Below, piece after piece: positions 1 to 9,949 of a stretch of 64,000 bases of DNA (positions are counted from its first letter, which is position 1; every line of letters starts with the position of its first letter). The notes under the pieces are model-generated. The model worked only from the letters and a program-made list of their open reading frames with translations. It was not told where the DNA came from and did not search any database. The stretch lies in the IMG/VR virus record IMGVR_UViG_3300030376_004332. One strand, 5' to 3'. Source of the DNA: an uncultured virus (IMG/VR IMGVR_UViG_3300030376_004332). Lineage: Duplodnaviria; Heunggongvirae; Uroviricota; Caudoviricetes. Position numbers and translations under genes: made by a program.

Positions 1-77
1 CCGTTAAAAGAGTTACCTATCTTTCTACGGATAACTAAAGAAGCAGTAAAGCCAGAAGTAAAATCTTTAGAGGTTTG
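1..77. repeat. Exact 77-bp direct repeat of 63738..63814 (circular/assembly overlap)
   Basis: Base-for-base identity up to position 77; first mismatch at 78 (t) vs 63815 (a). Confidence 0.9.
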
Positions 78-164
78 TGTGCCACTGTTTACTGCTGGCA
101 TATACGTCAACAGAAACGTAGTCGCCCTCCCTCGTTTTATTTCTATAGGTACTGGATCAGCCAT
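1..164 (-). CDS. Partial (5' part) virion/tail-associated protein; allele of 63506..63901
   Basis: Translates MADPVPIEIKRGRATTFLLTYMPAVNSGTQTSKDFTSGF..., nearly identical to the N-terminus of the 131-aa ORF at 63506..63901; runs off the window edge. Confidence 0.85.
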   Translation of the reverse strand, partial: MADPVPIEIKRGRATTFLLTYMPAVNSGTQTSKDFTSGFTASLVIRRKIGNSFN

Positions 165-166
165 GA

Positions 167-454
167 TTACTTAGCAGCTTTATAAGCTAACACTTTACCA
201 CTATCTAAACGTACACCTGAGAACTGACCATAAATAGAAGTGCCAGCAGGTACTGTAAATGTGTTAGTGTTTCCAAAAAGTTGAGGGTCTGAATCATCGG
301 TAAACTCAGGCCAATAACTAGCCATGTCTGCGTGAAATACAGTGTTTGCTAAAGTATCAATCCTGCAAAAATCTCCTGCCACAGCAGCAGTGTCGCTTAT
401 GAAGACCGCACCTGCTTCTCCGTATATTCCTTTTAATGTTCTATTTTCAGCCAT
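167..454 (-). CDS. Small beta-rich hypothetical virion-associated protein (absent from the right-end allele)
   Basis: 95-aa ORF in the tail operon, stop 2 nt before the next ATG. Confidence 0.75.
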   Translation of the reverse strand: MAENRTLKGIYGEAGAVFISDTAAVAGDFCRIDTLANTVFHADMASYWPEFTDDSDPQLFGNTNTFTVPAGTSIYGQFSGVRLDSGKVLAYKAAK

Positions 455-478
455 AATATAATTTTGTTTGTTAAATTG

Positions 479-1438
479 TTAATACATTCCTGACATACCT
501 GCCCCCACACCATCAGGAGCAATACGCAAAGTTGGTTTAGCAGCACCTCTGTACGAGTCAGTGTCTGCTTCTAAAAGTTGAGCTACTGTTGCCCAATGAT
601 ACTGGGCTCTTTGTAAATCTGCATTGTCTTCTCCAAACTTACCCAATAAGGCATGTTTCAATATAGAGTTAGAGGGTAAAATCACTAAGTCAGAACCACT
701 ATCCACATCCACCCACTTCCTCTTTAAAAGCATATGGGCAGACGAAGAGTTGTTAGTGTTACCTATTCTATACCTCCTATAGCGTACAGTCCCAGATCCA
801 CTAGGTAAGTCAGCTAAAGTAACGGCATCAAAACTATCATCAAAAGGATCTGCTATAACCCTTATAGTATACCCATCAGGGATATTACTATAAATTATTT
901 GTTCTATACTAGATATATTAACTCCAGATCCTGTATCTGCTGTGTTTGTTTGATCCAAACGATAGTCCATAAAACCATCTCCAGTAGCAGAACCCTTGTA
1001 TAAAACGTCCACAGTAAAGGGATCAGTAGGTAAACTATCATTATAGTTCCTTACGGCTTGGAGCTCAAGCTGATACGCATAAGCAGTCTCTATATCTCTG
1101 TACGTAGAAGAATACCCATCATCAATAAAAGCACTTAACACAGTTTCATCCTGTGTATTAGTACCAAAACTCTTGTAATCATGCCATAAAGAACGTGTTG
1201 GGAGTGGGTTATTATCTAATACTCCATGTAATATAGAGTCAGTGTCTTGAGGTAGTGAAACATAACCTTTAGAAGCATCTTGTGTATGCTCGGTTAACAT
1301 ATCCCTCCAATACCCCATCTTATAGATACGAGGCATCACTTCATTCAAAGCATTGCGGAAATCTTCCTGATGTGCAAATTCAACGTCTAAATATTGGGAA
1401 TGGGTAGCAAATAGTTGTTCTGTAGTTTTAGCTGGCAC
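479..1438 (-). CDS. Putative tail adaptor/tubular protein
   Basis: Long ORF in the structural block; GTG start at 1438 chosen because TTGAAT-16-TATATT lies just upstream; function inferred from position only. Confidence 0.55.
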   Translation of the reverse strand: MPAKTTEQLFATHSQYLDVEFAHQEDFRNALNEVMPRIYKMGYWRDMLTEHTQDASKGYVSLPQDTDSILHGVLDNNPLPTRSLWHDYKSFGTNTQDETVLSAFIDDGYSSTYRDIETAYAYQLELQAVRNYNDSLPTDPFTVDVLYKGSATGDGFMDYRLDQTNTADTGSGVNISSIEQIIYSNIPDGYTIRVIADPFDDSFDAVTLADLPSGSGTVRYRRYRIGNTNNSSSAHMLLKRKWVDVDSGSDLVILPSNSILKHALLGKFGEDNADLQRAQYHWATVAQLLEADTDSYRGAAKPTLRIAPDGVGAGMSGMY

Positions 1439-1485
1439 GATCCCTAAATATAAGGCGTTTACAACGCAATTCAACCTATGAACTA

Positions 1486-4400
1486 CTAAGGAGCTTTCAA
1501 TACTTTCTCAGACCCAGAAACCGTCTGAAATGTTGAAGGTGTGGTATTTACAGCAGTAATTAGCGTTTGGCTAGTTGTATTTGCTGCTGTAAACACATTA
1601 ATACCACCAGTTCCGCTTTTCGTAAGTACATTGATAGAAGATCCTGTACTAGTTATGAAAGTTCTTTGGTTATCCGCAGTAGAAATATATACATGTCTAG
1701 CTTCAGTATCAGTGGTTTTTACAAATTTAGCAGTGTCAGCAGTATCTGTGGAATACAGACGGATACCACTTGCAGCCGAAAGCCCTGTAATTCCAGTATA
1801 AGATCCGAGTGTATGTTTAAAAGTCTTGGCTGAATCTATGCCATCTACGTTAGCGCCTGTTGTTTTTACGAATTTAGCACTAGAACCATCACTTAAACTA
1901 GAAGCTGTTAAAACATTCACAGCACTACCCACACTAGTTATGAAAGTTCTTTGAGTATCAGCACTTGAAACATACACATGACTAGCTCCCGTATCTGTAG
2001 TCTTTACAAACTTTGCGTTATCAGCCGTTGCTGTAGAATATAGATGTATATTTGATCCTGAAAGACCTGTAACACCAGTGTAAGATCCGAGTGTATGTTT
2101 AAAAGTCTTGGCTGAATCAATACCAGTGCCAGTTGTCTTTACAAATTTTGTGCTTCCTAGACTACTTCCAGATTTTACAACATGGATGGGGCTACCTGAG
2201 CTTGTTATAAATGATTTAGTGGTACTTGCATCAGAAAAATAAACATGATGTGTTCCCGTAGCGGTTGATGGTTGTAAGAAGTTATGATTAGTAGCGCTAC
2301 CTGCTTCATATAATTTTGCTCCAGATGTAATTCCCGTTACAGCGTTAAATACAGACATTCCAGATTTTAAAATTTTATCCCCTGATACACTCTGTGCTAC
2401 TTTTAAAAACTTTGTAGTACTATCAGCAGTACCTGTAGAATATAAATGGAGTGATGTATCAGTTCCTGAAGGACTTAAAAATCGAGTGCTAGTTGTTGAG
2501 GTGTCTGTAGAATAAACACGATGACTACTCCCTTCGTTTTCTGTTGTCTCTAAAAATTTGTTTGTGGTCGTAGATGGTACTTCGTATACAGAAACATTTT
2601 CATCATCATTAGAAGAAAGCCCTGTGTAGTTTTGGAATGTGTGTTTAAATTGTTTAGCTGATGCTAATGAACTGTCATTAGATTTTACATAATTAACTGC
2701 TGATACTCCTGATACAGTATCAGATGTTAAAATACCTATGTTGCTCCCTAAACTAGTTAAGAATGTCATATCATCAGTGGCATCTGAAACATACACATTA
2801 TGTGTTGAATCGGTATCACCTGTCTTTAAAAATTTAGTCTCTCCACTAGTAGGTGCTTTATATAGGTTAGAACCAGCTGCAATACCTGAAACTGCGTCGA
2901 AGGCAGTCATACCAGATCTTAAAGTTTCTGATGAATTAGACGAAGTAGTCTTTAAATATTTTGATTGTGTAGGCGCATCAGAAAAATATAAATTAAGTGA
3001 AGCACTTGACAATCCTGTAGTTAAAAATCTAGTGTCAGTAGCTGCTGACGTAGTAGCATAAATATGATAATCAGTATCGCCTGACTCTTCAGTATCTAAA
3101 AATGTGTGGGAAGCATCAGTATTTTCTTTATAAACTTTAACCGTGTTGGCCGAAAGTCCTGTGACACCGTCATGCGTGTCGATTGTGTGCATGAACTCTT
3201 TTTCACCCGACCAATTATCATTTGTTTTTACATAATTGGTGGTAGAGAAATCATTGACTGATGTTACTACTTTTATAGGCGACCCAGAACTAGTTATGAA
3301 GGTTCGGGGGTCAGTAGCATCTGAAAAATAAATATGTCTCTCTTGGCCGCTCGCTTCAGTAGTTTCTAAAAATTTGTGTGACGAACCATCAGCTTTATAA
3401 AAAGCAGCAGAAGATCCTGAAAGTCCTGTAATACCATCATGCGGAACAGCACCAACTCTTAGTGTTTTTGTTCCTGACTCGCTCGCACCTACTTTTAAAA
3501 ATTTAGTAGTACTATCTGGAGTAGCAGACGAATATAAATGAAGAGAAGTTGCTGAAGTTCCAGAACTTAAAAGCTTTCTTGTTGTGGACTCAGTTGATGA
3601 ATATACATAATTTATAGTACCATCTGACTCTGTAGTCTCTAAGAAAGTGTCTGATGAACTTTCTGATGGTGCAGGAGCTTCATATAATGAAACACCAGAA
3701 GATATTCCTGTAACTCCAGTATACGTTCCTATACCCGTCCTCAAAGTTTCGGCTGAATTAACCGATACTGTCTTTAAGTATTTTGATTGAGTAGCTGTAT
3801 CAGAGGTGTATACGTCGTATGCTGTTTTACTAGTATTAGTAGTGTTACTTAAAAAGTTTCTACTTACATTGCTGTCAGTATAATATACCTTAGTTGTATC
3901 ATTGTTATCGTCATCCGTATCAGCCTCTAAAAATCGTTTTCCTGTACTTGCAGCAGTATAAAATAGTATCCCAGAACCACTAGATATGCCTGTAATTCCA
4001 TTATACGTAGTAGCTCCATTTCTGAAAACTACAGAAGTCTCAGTAGTGCTATCTGTAGTTAGTACTTTAGAAGCTGAGACTGCGCCCGTAGAAAAATATA
4101 AATGATAAGGAGTAGTAGTCTCATCAGAAGGTGGGCTTAGATATGACCTAGTATCTGAAGACCCTGTTGTACTATATAAATAAACAGATGGGGCAGAAAG
4201 ATTTTTAACTCCTGTGTATGTAGACATCCCAACCTGAGCAGTTAACGTAGCTCCAGTATTAGAAGGAACAGTTTTTGGTGCAATTACCCAAATCATTGTA
4301 CTACCAGTCGTAGAATCAGGTACTTGCCTAAATACTAACTCTATTGGAGAGCCTCCGTGTAAAGCACCCGTTTGTTGTTGTAAATTTTCTTCTAAGTCTT

Positions 4401-6741
4401 CTGTAACACGACTAAACGATTTAGTCGTCATATCTGTAGGACTACAAGTAAAATTAGTACCTCCTGTTAAAGCGCCCGATTGTTTTGATAAAGAAATTGT
4501 ACCTAACTCAGTAGTAGTAAAAGTTTTGACGGGCAGCGTGGGGGCAGAAATCTCCTCTGTGTTTAATGGTGTTGGGTTACATGTAAAATCAGCGCCCCCT
4601 TGTAAAGCATTCGACTGAGGGGCTAAACTTGTTTTATCTAATTCTCTAGCTTTATAAGTTTTAAGTGGGGCAGATAGTACTGGAGCTTCTGTTGAATGTA
4701 ACTCAGTAGTGTCAGTATCTAAATCAACACCACCTTTTAAGGCAGTAGCTTCTTTAGTTAACGTCTCGTTCCCTAATGCTCTAGAAGTGTATGTCTTAGT
4801 GCCTAAAGTTATGCCCGTGTCACTTGGTGGAGTTATTGAAGTAGTGCTTAAAGGCACTGTCTCTAAAGAAACTTCTGCCGTAGATCCTGATTTAGATAAA
4901 GTATTAGGTTTCTTTTCTAGTTCTTCTCGCTCTAACGTCCTAGAAGTATATTTTTTAGTATCAAATTCTAATACAGGCGATGGTGTTGTATCTAACTCTG
5001 TAGGAGTTGTAACTAAATTATTACCTCCTGTGAAAGATGAAGTTACACTTGTTGTCTCAGTCGCAACTGTTGTAGGAGTATATTCCTTTCTAGTTAAAGT
5101 TATCCCAGAGTTGCTCGGAACTTTTATTGTAGTTGGTGTTAAAGGGACTGACTGTAAATTAACATCTGTTCCTGATGCTAACCCTGTCGTAGCAGTTAGC
5201 GTATGTGGAGTTAATTCTCTAGAAGTATATGACTTAGTCCCCGTAGCTTGAACAGGCACACTTGTTGAACTTAAAGGGGTAGCCGTTGTTGTTAAATTAT
5301 CACCCCCATGTAGCGCAGTAGCGTCTATACTTACTGTTTCAGTTGATAATTCTACAGAAGCATACTGTTTAGTTTGTAAATCTAAGCTCGTACCATCTGG
5401 GGGTGTTATCTGTTGGGTATCTAAAGATACAGCCTGAAAGGAAATATCAGTACCCCCAGAAACAGAATTAGTTGCTTGTGAAAGCGATTCAGTACTTACT
5501 GGTGTAGGAGTGTATTCCTTAGTATCTAAAGCTAACCCTGAACCAGTTGGAGGAGTTATTGATGAAGAAGTTACTGAGACAGATTGAAGGTCAATGCCCG
5601 TACCCCCAGAAACACTACCAGACACTTGTGATAAAGCTTCAGTGCTTACTGCTGTAGGAGTATATTCGTAAGTATCTAAAGCTAAACCAGAACCAGATGG
5701 AGGAGTTATTGAAGATACTGATAAGGCTTCAGGTGTACTTGTTATGCTAGGGCTTGAAGTAACAGTATTAACTGTAGTTCCCGAACCTGTTGCTTTAGCA
5801 ACTTGTACAACTTCTAAATTACTTGGGGTTCCAGTCAATAACCCATCTGCAAACGTAGCTAATGTTTTTTCATTTGCGGTTGTCCCCGATGCAGGAGGGT
5901 TGTTATAAGTTACCTGAGAAGCAGCTATAGCTTTCCAAGTTTTATCATTACTGTTCCCTCGGATGTTTATCTGGTCGCCAGCAGTCTCTATATGGATTTG
6001 ACCTTGTTTCTTCAGAGTCCTTAAATTTTTCTTATCATCACTCTTAGTATAATCTCTATATATTAGCCCCTCACCTACCCCTAAATTATTTAAAGTATTA
6101 TATCCGCAAGACCATATGAGAGGCCCCCTATGACCCTCTATACCACCATGATCCCTTACAGATCTTGGATCATCTTTGTCAGAATCATAATTATTTCTTA
6201 AAATAACCCCATCTGCAAATTTAAATAAAAGAACATTATATATACCGTACTTCTCAGTATCTTCAGTCCCATCACCATCCAACAACTCAAATGGTGTTGA
6301 TTCAGGAGGATCGTCTTCTTCTGTCTTTAAGAGAATATAATCATCTAAAAGCTTCCCCTGTTGATTCGTCATAAATTGTGAGTACACACAACCTTTCTTC
6401 GTATCTAACTTTATCTTTAAAGGACTTAGTTCATGCTTTTTAATTAATTCTGTAGTAAGTGGATGGATTTCATATAAGTAAGCTTTTGTTATATAAACAA
6501 ACTGATCCCCATCAGGCTGGTAGTTATAAGGTTCATGCTCCTGACGATAACGAATTTCATCTTGAGGAGTTGCCCCAACCATACCCGAAGGATGATTGCT
6601 ACTATAAGCCCCACTGTCGGCAGCCCCTTGTTGACCTACAGCGGAAAGATTACTTAATGAAGCATCTGTTACATCCCTGTCAGCAGGAGATATTGGGTTC
6701 CCAAAAGCTCCAATATTACCATCTTTAAATTGTTCAGACAT
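1486..6741 (-). CDS. 1751-aa Ser/Thr-rich tail fibre-like protein with mirrored repeat arrays
   Basis: Non-repetitive N-terminal domain, then ten ~35-50-aa repeats, a short turn, and ten ~65-95-aa repeats; located in the tail block. Confidence 0.7.
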   Translation of the reverse strand: MSEQFKDGNIGAFGNPISPADRDVTDASLSNLSAVGQQGAADSGAYSSNHPSGMVGATPQDEIRYRQEHEPYNYQPDGDQFVYITKAYLYEIHPLTTELIKKHELSPLKIKLDTKKGCVYSQFMTNQQGKLLDDYILLKTEEDDPPESTPFELLDGDGTEDTEKYGIYNVLLFKFADGVILRNNYDSDKDDPRSVRDHGGIEGHRGPLIWSCGYNTLNNLGVGEGLIYRDYTKSDDKKNLRTLKKQGQIHIETAGDQINIRGNSNDKTWKAIAASQVTYNNPPASGTTANEKTLATFADGLLTGTPSNLEVVQVAKATGSGTTVNTVTSSPSITSTPEALSVSSITPPSGSGLALDTYEYTPTAVSTEALSQVSGSVSGGTGIDLQSVSVTSSSITPPTGSGLALDTKEYTPTPVSTESLSQATNSVSGGTDISFQAVSLDTQQITPPDGTSLDLQTKQYASVELSTETVSIDATALHGGDNLTTTATPLSSTSVPVQATGTKSYTSRELTPHTLTATTGLASGTDVNLQSVPLTPTTIKVPSNSGITLTRKEYTPTTVATETTSVTSSFTGGNNLVTTPTELDTTPSPVLEFDTKKYTSRTLEREELEKKPNTLSKSGSTAEVSLETVPLSTTSITPPSDTGITLGTKTYTSRALGNETLTKEATALKGGVDLDTDTTELHSTEAPVLSAPLKTYKARELDKTSLAPQSNALQGGADFTCNPTPLNTEEISAPTLPVKTFTTTELGTISLSKQSGALTGGTNFTCSPTDMTTKSFSRVTEDLEENLQQQTGALHGGSPIELVFRQVPDSTTGSTMIWVIAPKTVPSNTGATLTAQVGMSTYTGVKNLSAPSVYLYSTTGSSDTRSYLSPPSDETTTPYHLYFSTGAVSASKVLTTDSTTETSVVFRNGATTYNGITGISSGSGILFYTAASTGKRFLEADTDDDNNDTTKVYYTDSNVSRNFLSNTTNTSKTAYDVYTSDTATQSKYLKTVSVNSAETLRTGIGTYTGVTGISSGVSLYEAPAPSESSSDTFLETTESDGTINYVYSSTESTTRKLLSSGTSATSLHLYSSATPDSTTKFLKVGASESGTKTLRVGAVPHDGITGLSGSSAAFYKADGSSHKFLETTEASGQERHIYFSDATDPRTFITSSGSPIKVVTSVNDFSTTNYVKTNDNWSGEKEFMHTIDTHDGVTGLSANTVKVYKENTDASHTFLDTEESGDTDYHIYATTSAATDTRFLTTGLSSASLNLYFSDAPTQSKYLKTTSSNSSETLRSGMTAFDAVSGIAAGSNLYKAPTSGETKFLKTGDTDSTHNVYVSDATDDMTFLTSLGSNIGILTSDTVSGVSAVNYVKSNDSSLASAKQFKHTFQNYTGLSSNDDENVSVYEVPSTTTNKFLETTENEGSSHRVYSTDTSTTSTRFLSPSGTDTSLHLYSTGTADSTTKFLKVAQSVSGDKILKSGMSVFNAVTGITSGAKLYEAGSATNHNFLQPSTATGTHHVYFSDASTTKSFITSSGSPIHVVKSGSSLGSTKFVKTTGTGIDSAKTFKHTLGSYTGVTGLSGSNIHLYSTATADNAKFVKTTDTGASHVYVSSADTQRTFITSVGSAVNVLTASSLSDGSSAKFVKTTGANVDGIDSAKTFKHTLGSYTGITGLSAASGIRLYSTDTADTAKFVKTTDTEARHVYISTADNQRTFITSTGSSINVLTKSGTGGINVFTAANTTSQTLITAVNTTPSTFQTVSGSEKVLKAP

Positions 6742-8045
6742 TAATTAAAAGAGGGTGGGAATACAGTAGTAGTTTCTTTTATATAGCCTCCCCTAGCTTT
6801 TTGTTGCGTTACCCTAGCTTCAAGACCATCGACAGCTAACTGAAGAAGATTGGGTGGGTCTGTGACAGGTAAGTCTTTAACATAAGCTGTATATTTATAA
6901 ACAGGGTCAGTAGTTCCTGTAGTAAACCCAACTGAACCTCCATTCATTAAACAAGCTGGTATTCTTAAATTTATATAAGGAGTAGAAAATGCAAAAGATT
7001 GAGGCTGCATAGCTTTAGCTGAAGGAGCAACACCAGCTCCTTCAAACTCTATAACTTTATATTCTTTTTTAACTACCGCTTTACAAGGCCCACTATATCC
7101 TTCTGGATTCATATGGTACTCTGGATTATGCTGAACTTGACCATCATGTTTTTCCCAAGCCACAGAAGAAATACTCTCTAATACAGGTGGGAATGTAAAA
7201 TTGATAGAAGTGTCTAGTTCTTCAATAAGTAAAGTGGTATTTGAGTTTATTGTTCCGTCAGGAGTTGTCCCTGCAATCGTTTCTGTTTTTACAACTTCAA
7301 ACCAATCTAAAGATACCTGCCTCCCTTCTTTATAAAAAGCGACTGCTTTCTTAGGAGTACTTCCACTATCTCTATATTCTATGGCCGTGCCCCAATAAGA
7401 ATTATCAGCGTCAGAAATTAAAGTCTGTATATTTGAAGAAGCTCCAGTAGGAGTCTCTCCCAACGCAAAATAACTAACTGTTGCTTTTAAATTAGAACTA
7501 GACATCTCATCCCACCTTAGCGTTTCAATATCTTCTCTAACAAAAAACACTCGCTGCTCAACAATAAAGTAGCCGTCTAATTCTGGGTCACTTAACCGTT
7601 TTTGTTGGCGTGACATTAAGATGTAACCTTTTCCAGTAAAGTTAGCTGAAGAAGGTTCAGTAGGCATAGCATCACCAGCCTCTAAAGAAGCATCATCTTC
7701 TTTAAAATCTGATCTAGGTGTAACATAAGTCCTAACAACAGTATTAAACTTAGACTGACCTAAACTAGCTTGTGAGTATTCAAAGTTGTACTCATCTTGA
7801 CTAGCCCTAGAAGCAGCATAGTAGTACTGATATAATTGCCCCTCAGCATCAAACTGTTTTACAAAGACTAGTTTGTGGTTAGGGAACTTAGAAGTATTTG
7901 GGTGAGCTGATCCATAAACAGGGGGTGTTTTACCAACACGTTGTTTATCTACAGTCTCATAAAATAATAGATCTTGAACATTTGGAGATACAAATGTTAA
8001 TACTGACTGCCTTTGGGGGCTTGGTTGATTTCTATTTACAGGCAC
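6741..8045 (-). CDS. Putative tail/structural protein
   Basis: 434-aa ORF, GTG start, TAATG-coupled to the fibre gene. Confidence 0.6.
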   Translation of the reverse strand: MPVNRNQPSPQRQSVLTFVSPNVQDLLFYETVDKQRVGKTPPVYGSAHPNTSKFPNHKLVFVKQFDAEGQLYQYYYAASRASQDEYNFEYSQASLGQSKFNTVVRTYVTPRSDFKEDDASLEAGDAMPTEPSSANFTGKGYILMSRQQKRLSDPELDGYFIVEQRVFFVREDIETLRWDEMSSSNLKATVSYFALGETPTGASSNIQTLISDADNSYWGTAIEYRDSGSTPKKAVAFYKEGRQVSLDWFEVVKTETIAGTTPDGTINSNTTLLIEELDTSINFTFPPVLESISSVAWEKHDGQVQHNPEYHMNPEGYSGPCKAVVKKEYKVIEFEGAGVAPSAKAMQPQSFAFSTPYINLRIPACLMNGGSVGFTTGTTDPVYKYTAYVKDLPVTDPPNLLQLAVDGLEARVTQQKARGGYIKETTTVFPPSFN

Positions 8046-8053
8046 TTGTCTTA

Positions 8054-8674
8054 TTACGCTTCAGTTAGTGTATAACGATACCCAGTAAAATATACTAAGT
8101 TAACTGTGGACGAAGCTCCATAATCACTTGTTAAGTTCTTTTTAGTGACCCCATCTAGTTCATACACCGTTCCAGTTCCCTGTGTAGAAATCTGAACTAA
8201 GTAATCATTAGTGTTACTATTTACATTAGACACACCAGTCATTATAGCAGTTCCAACTGCACCAGAACTTCCATCAAAAGTAATAACTCCTGCACTAGTT
8301 ACACTAGTAACTCCTGCTCCACTTTCAGTAGCCGTCGGGCATTTAACATGGACTGGATGATCAGGACCAACAGAGATTAAATTCACTAAACCTGCTGGTA
8401 TACTGATATCATAAGCAGTCCCCCCATCAACACTAACTGAAAGGCTACCAACAGCATTAGTGTTTTTTATAATTAATAACCCTTCATGTTGAGTTGAAAG
8501 ATCAAGGGTTCCTACATCTATAGCACTACCAGCAACTAAAGCTCTCGCTCCTCCTGCTGAATACTCATTAAATTCATTTGCATTACTATATGGAGATGCT
8601 GTTGTGCTATATGTCTCACTATGTACATGATTACCATATACCAGCCTAACATTTCCTGAAATTGAAGTTGGCAT
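8054..8674 (-). CDS. Putative structural protein (Gly/Ser/Thr-rich, beta-rich)
   Basis: 206-aa ORF heading the tail operon. Confidence 0.6.
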   Translation of the reverse strand: MPTSISGNVRLVYGNHVHSETYSTTASPYSNANEFNEYSAGGARALVAGSAIDVGTLDLSTQHEGLLIIKNTNAVGSLSVSVDGGTAYDISIPAGLVNLISVGPDHPVHVKCPTATESGAGVTSVTSAGVITFDGSSGAVGTAIMTGVSNVNSNTNDYLVQISTQGTGTVYELDGVTKKNLTSDYGASSTVNLVYFTGYRYTLTEA

Positions 8675-8679
8675 CCTTA

Positions 8680-8708
8680 ATTATAGGGCTAAAGCAAGTA
8701 AATAGCAA
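8680..8708 (-). promoter_or_regulatory. Sigma70-like promoter giving a near-leaderless transcript
   Basis: TTGCTA-17nt-TATAAT, then 5 nt, then the ATG at 8674. Confidence 0.7.
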
Positions 8709-8773
8709 GCCTACTCACTTTAAGAAACAGTGAAAATTAATTGACTTCTTTTTATCTAGAGCGAATATCAGGC

Positions 8774-9481
8774 ATGGAAAAAATATTTATTGCTACCCCA
8801 ACATACGGATACCAAGCCTTTATAGATTATATGCATGGTTTGGTTAACTTTGTAGCAAGCGATTCTCCAGAAGATTTAAAATACGAGACATCTTTACACT
8901 TACATTCAGGATCTTCACTAGTTACTCACGCTAGAAATAATTGTGTGCTCCAGTTTTTAAAAACAGACTGCACAAAGCTACTGTTTATAGACGCTGATAT
9001 TGGATTTGAGCCTGAAAACATTTGGAGGTTACTAAGGAAAGATGAAGATGTTGTACTAGCCCCCTACGTAGTTAAGACTTATTCAGGGAAAGAACAGGAT
9101 AACTTTGTTGTACATTACAAAGACCCAAGCAATATAGCTGTAGATGACCAAGGTTTTATTGAGATAGAAGCAGGACCAGCAGGTTTTATGATGATAGATA
9201 GAAAAGTTTTTGAAAAACTACACGAAGCTTATCCTGAGAAAAAAGTATTTATACGCCACCTTATTGAAGGTGTAGTAACAGAAGAACCAAACTACTACAC
9301 ATACTTTGATTGTAGTACTTCAGAAAATGGACACTCAGGAGTAGGTGAAGACTTAGCTTTCTGTAAACTGTGGACTAAAATAGGTGGTAAAATATTCTGC
9401 GATGCACACGCAAAACTTACACACTGTGGCACACGTCAGTTTAGTGGTGCTTTAATAGAATCGTTAGTAGGGAAAGAGTAA
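8774..9481 (+). CDS. GT-A fold (GT2-like) glycosyltransferase
   Basis: IFIATPTYG N-terminus, ARN, FIDADIGF (DxD), GFMMI and GEDLAFC motifs; ATG at 8774 preferred; TTGACT upstream at 8741. Confidence 0.8.
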   Translation: MEKIFIATPTYGYQAFIDYMHGLVNFVASDSPEDLKYETSLHLHSGSSLVTHARNNCVLQFLKTDCTKLLFIDADIGFEPENIWRLLRKDEDVVLAPYVVKTYSGKEQDNFVVHYKDPSNIAVDDQGFIEIEAGPAGFMMIDRKVFEKLHEAYPEKKVFIRHLIEGVVTEEPNYYTYFDCSTSENGHSGVGEDLAFCKLWTKIGGKIFCDAHAKLTHCGTRQFSGALIESLVGKE

Positions 9482-9484
9482 CTA

Positions 9485-9850
9485 TTAAGATACTTCAGAG
9501 GCTTCTCTAAATATCATCAAAGCAGCTTCCGTTGGCCCTATCTCTCCAGAAGCTAACGCAGCAGCTAACTCAGGCATCGCCATCACTAACTCTTGTATAT
9601 CCTGCATTTGCTCTTGAGCTTCTTCGGACTCATCTAGAGGTTCTCCATAGATAGTCTCATATAAACCAACTAATGCTTCTTCACTGGGAACGGCAACTTC
9701 TTGCGGTTCCTCTTCAGCCTCAGCCTCAGCCATGTCTTCTACAGAAAGATCATCTCCTTCTTCTGGTAGTACACTTACAAGCTCATCAAGCATAGCATCT
9801 GCGCTAGGTTGTTCAGCTCCTTCCATCGGTTGTTCTGCTACTTCTGCCAT
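9485..9850 (-). CDS. Acidic hypothetical protein downstream of the capsid gene
   Basis: Glu-rich ORF starting MAEVAEQP; the longer track start lies inside the terminator hairpin. Confidence 0.7.
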   Translation of the reverse strand: MAEVAEQPMEGAEQPSADAMLDELVSVLPEEGDDLSVEDMAEAEAEEEPQEVAVPSEEALVGLYETIYGEPLDESEEAQEQMQDIQELVMAMPELAAALASGEIGPTEAALMIFREASEVS

Positions 9851-9860
9851 AATATTTATA

Positions 9861-9906
9861 AAAAATAACCCCGATCCCCATTTTTGCAAGGGGATCAGGG
9901 TTATTG
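9861..9906 (-). terminator. Intrinsic terminator after the capsid gene
   Basis: Minus strand AATAACCCTGATCCCC...GGGGATCGGGGTTATT followed by a T tract. Confidence 0.75.
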
Positions 9907-9949
9907 TGAAGTATTTATGTAAGGTTCCTTTTAAGAACCCCGCATTAAA

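Noticed and set aside
1541..6728. Alternative ORFs inside the 1751-aa fibre gene (e.g. 1541+, 2738+, 4709+, 6459+)
   Set aside because: Antisense or off-frame shadows of a codon-biased long gene; no start context
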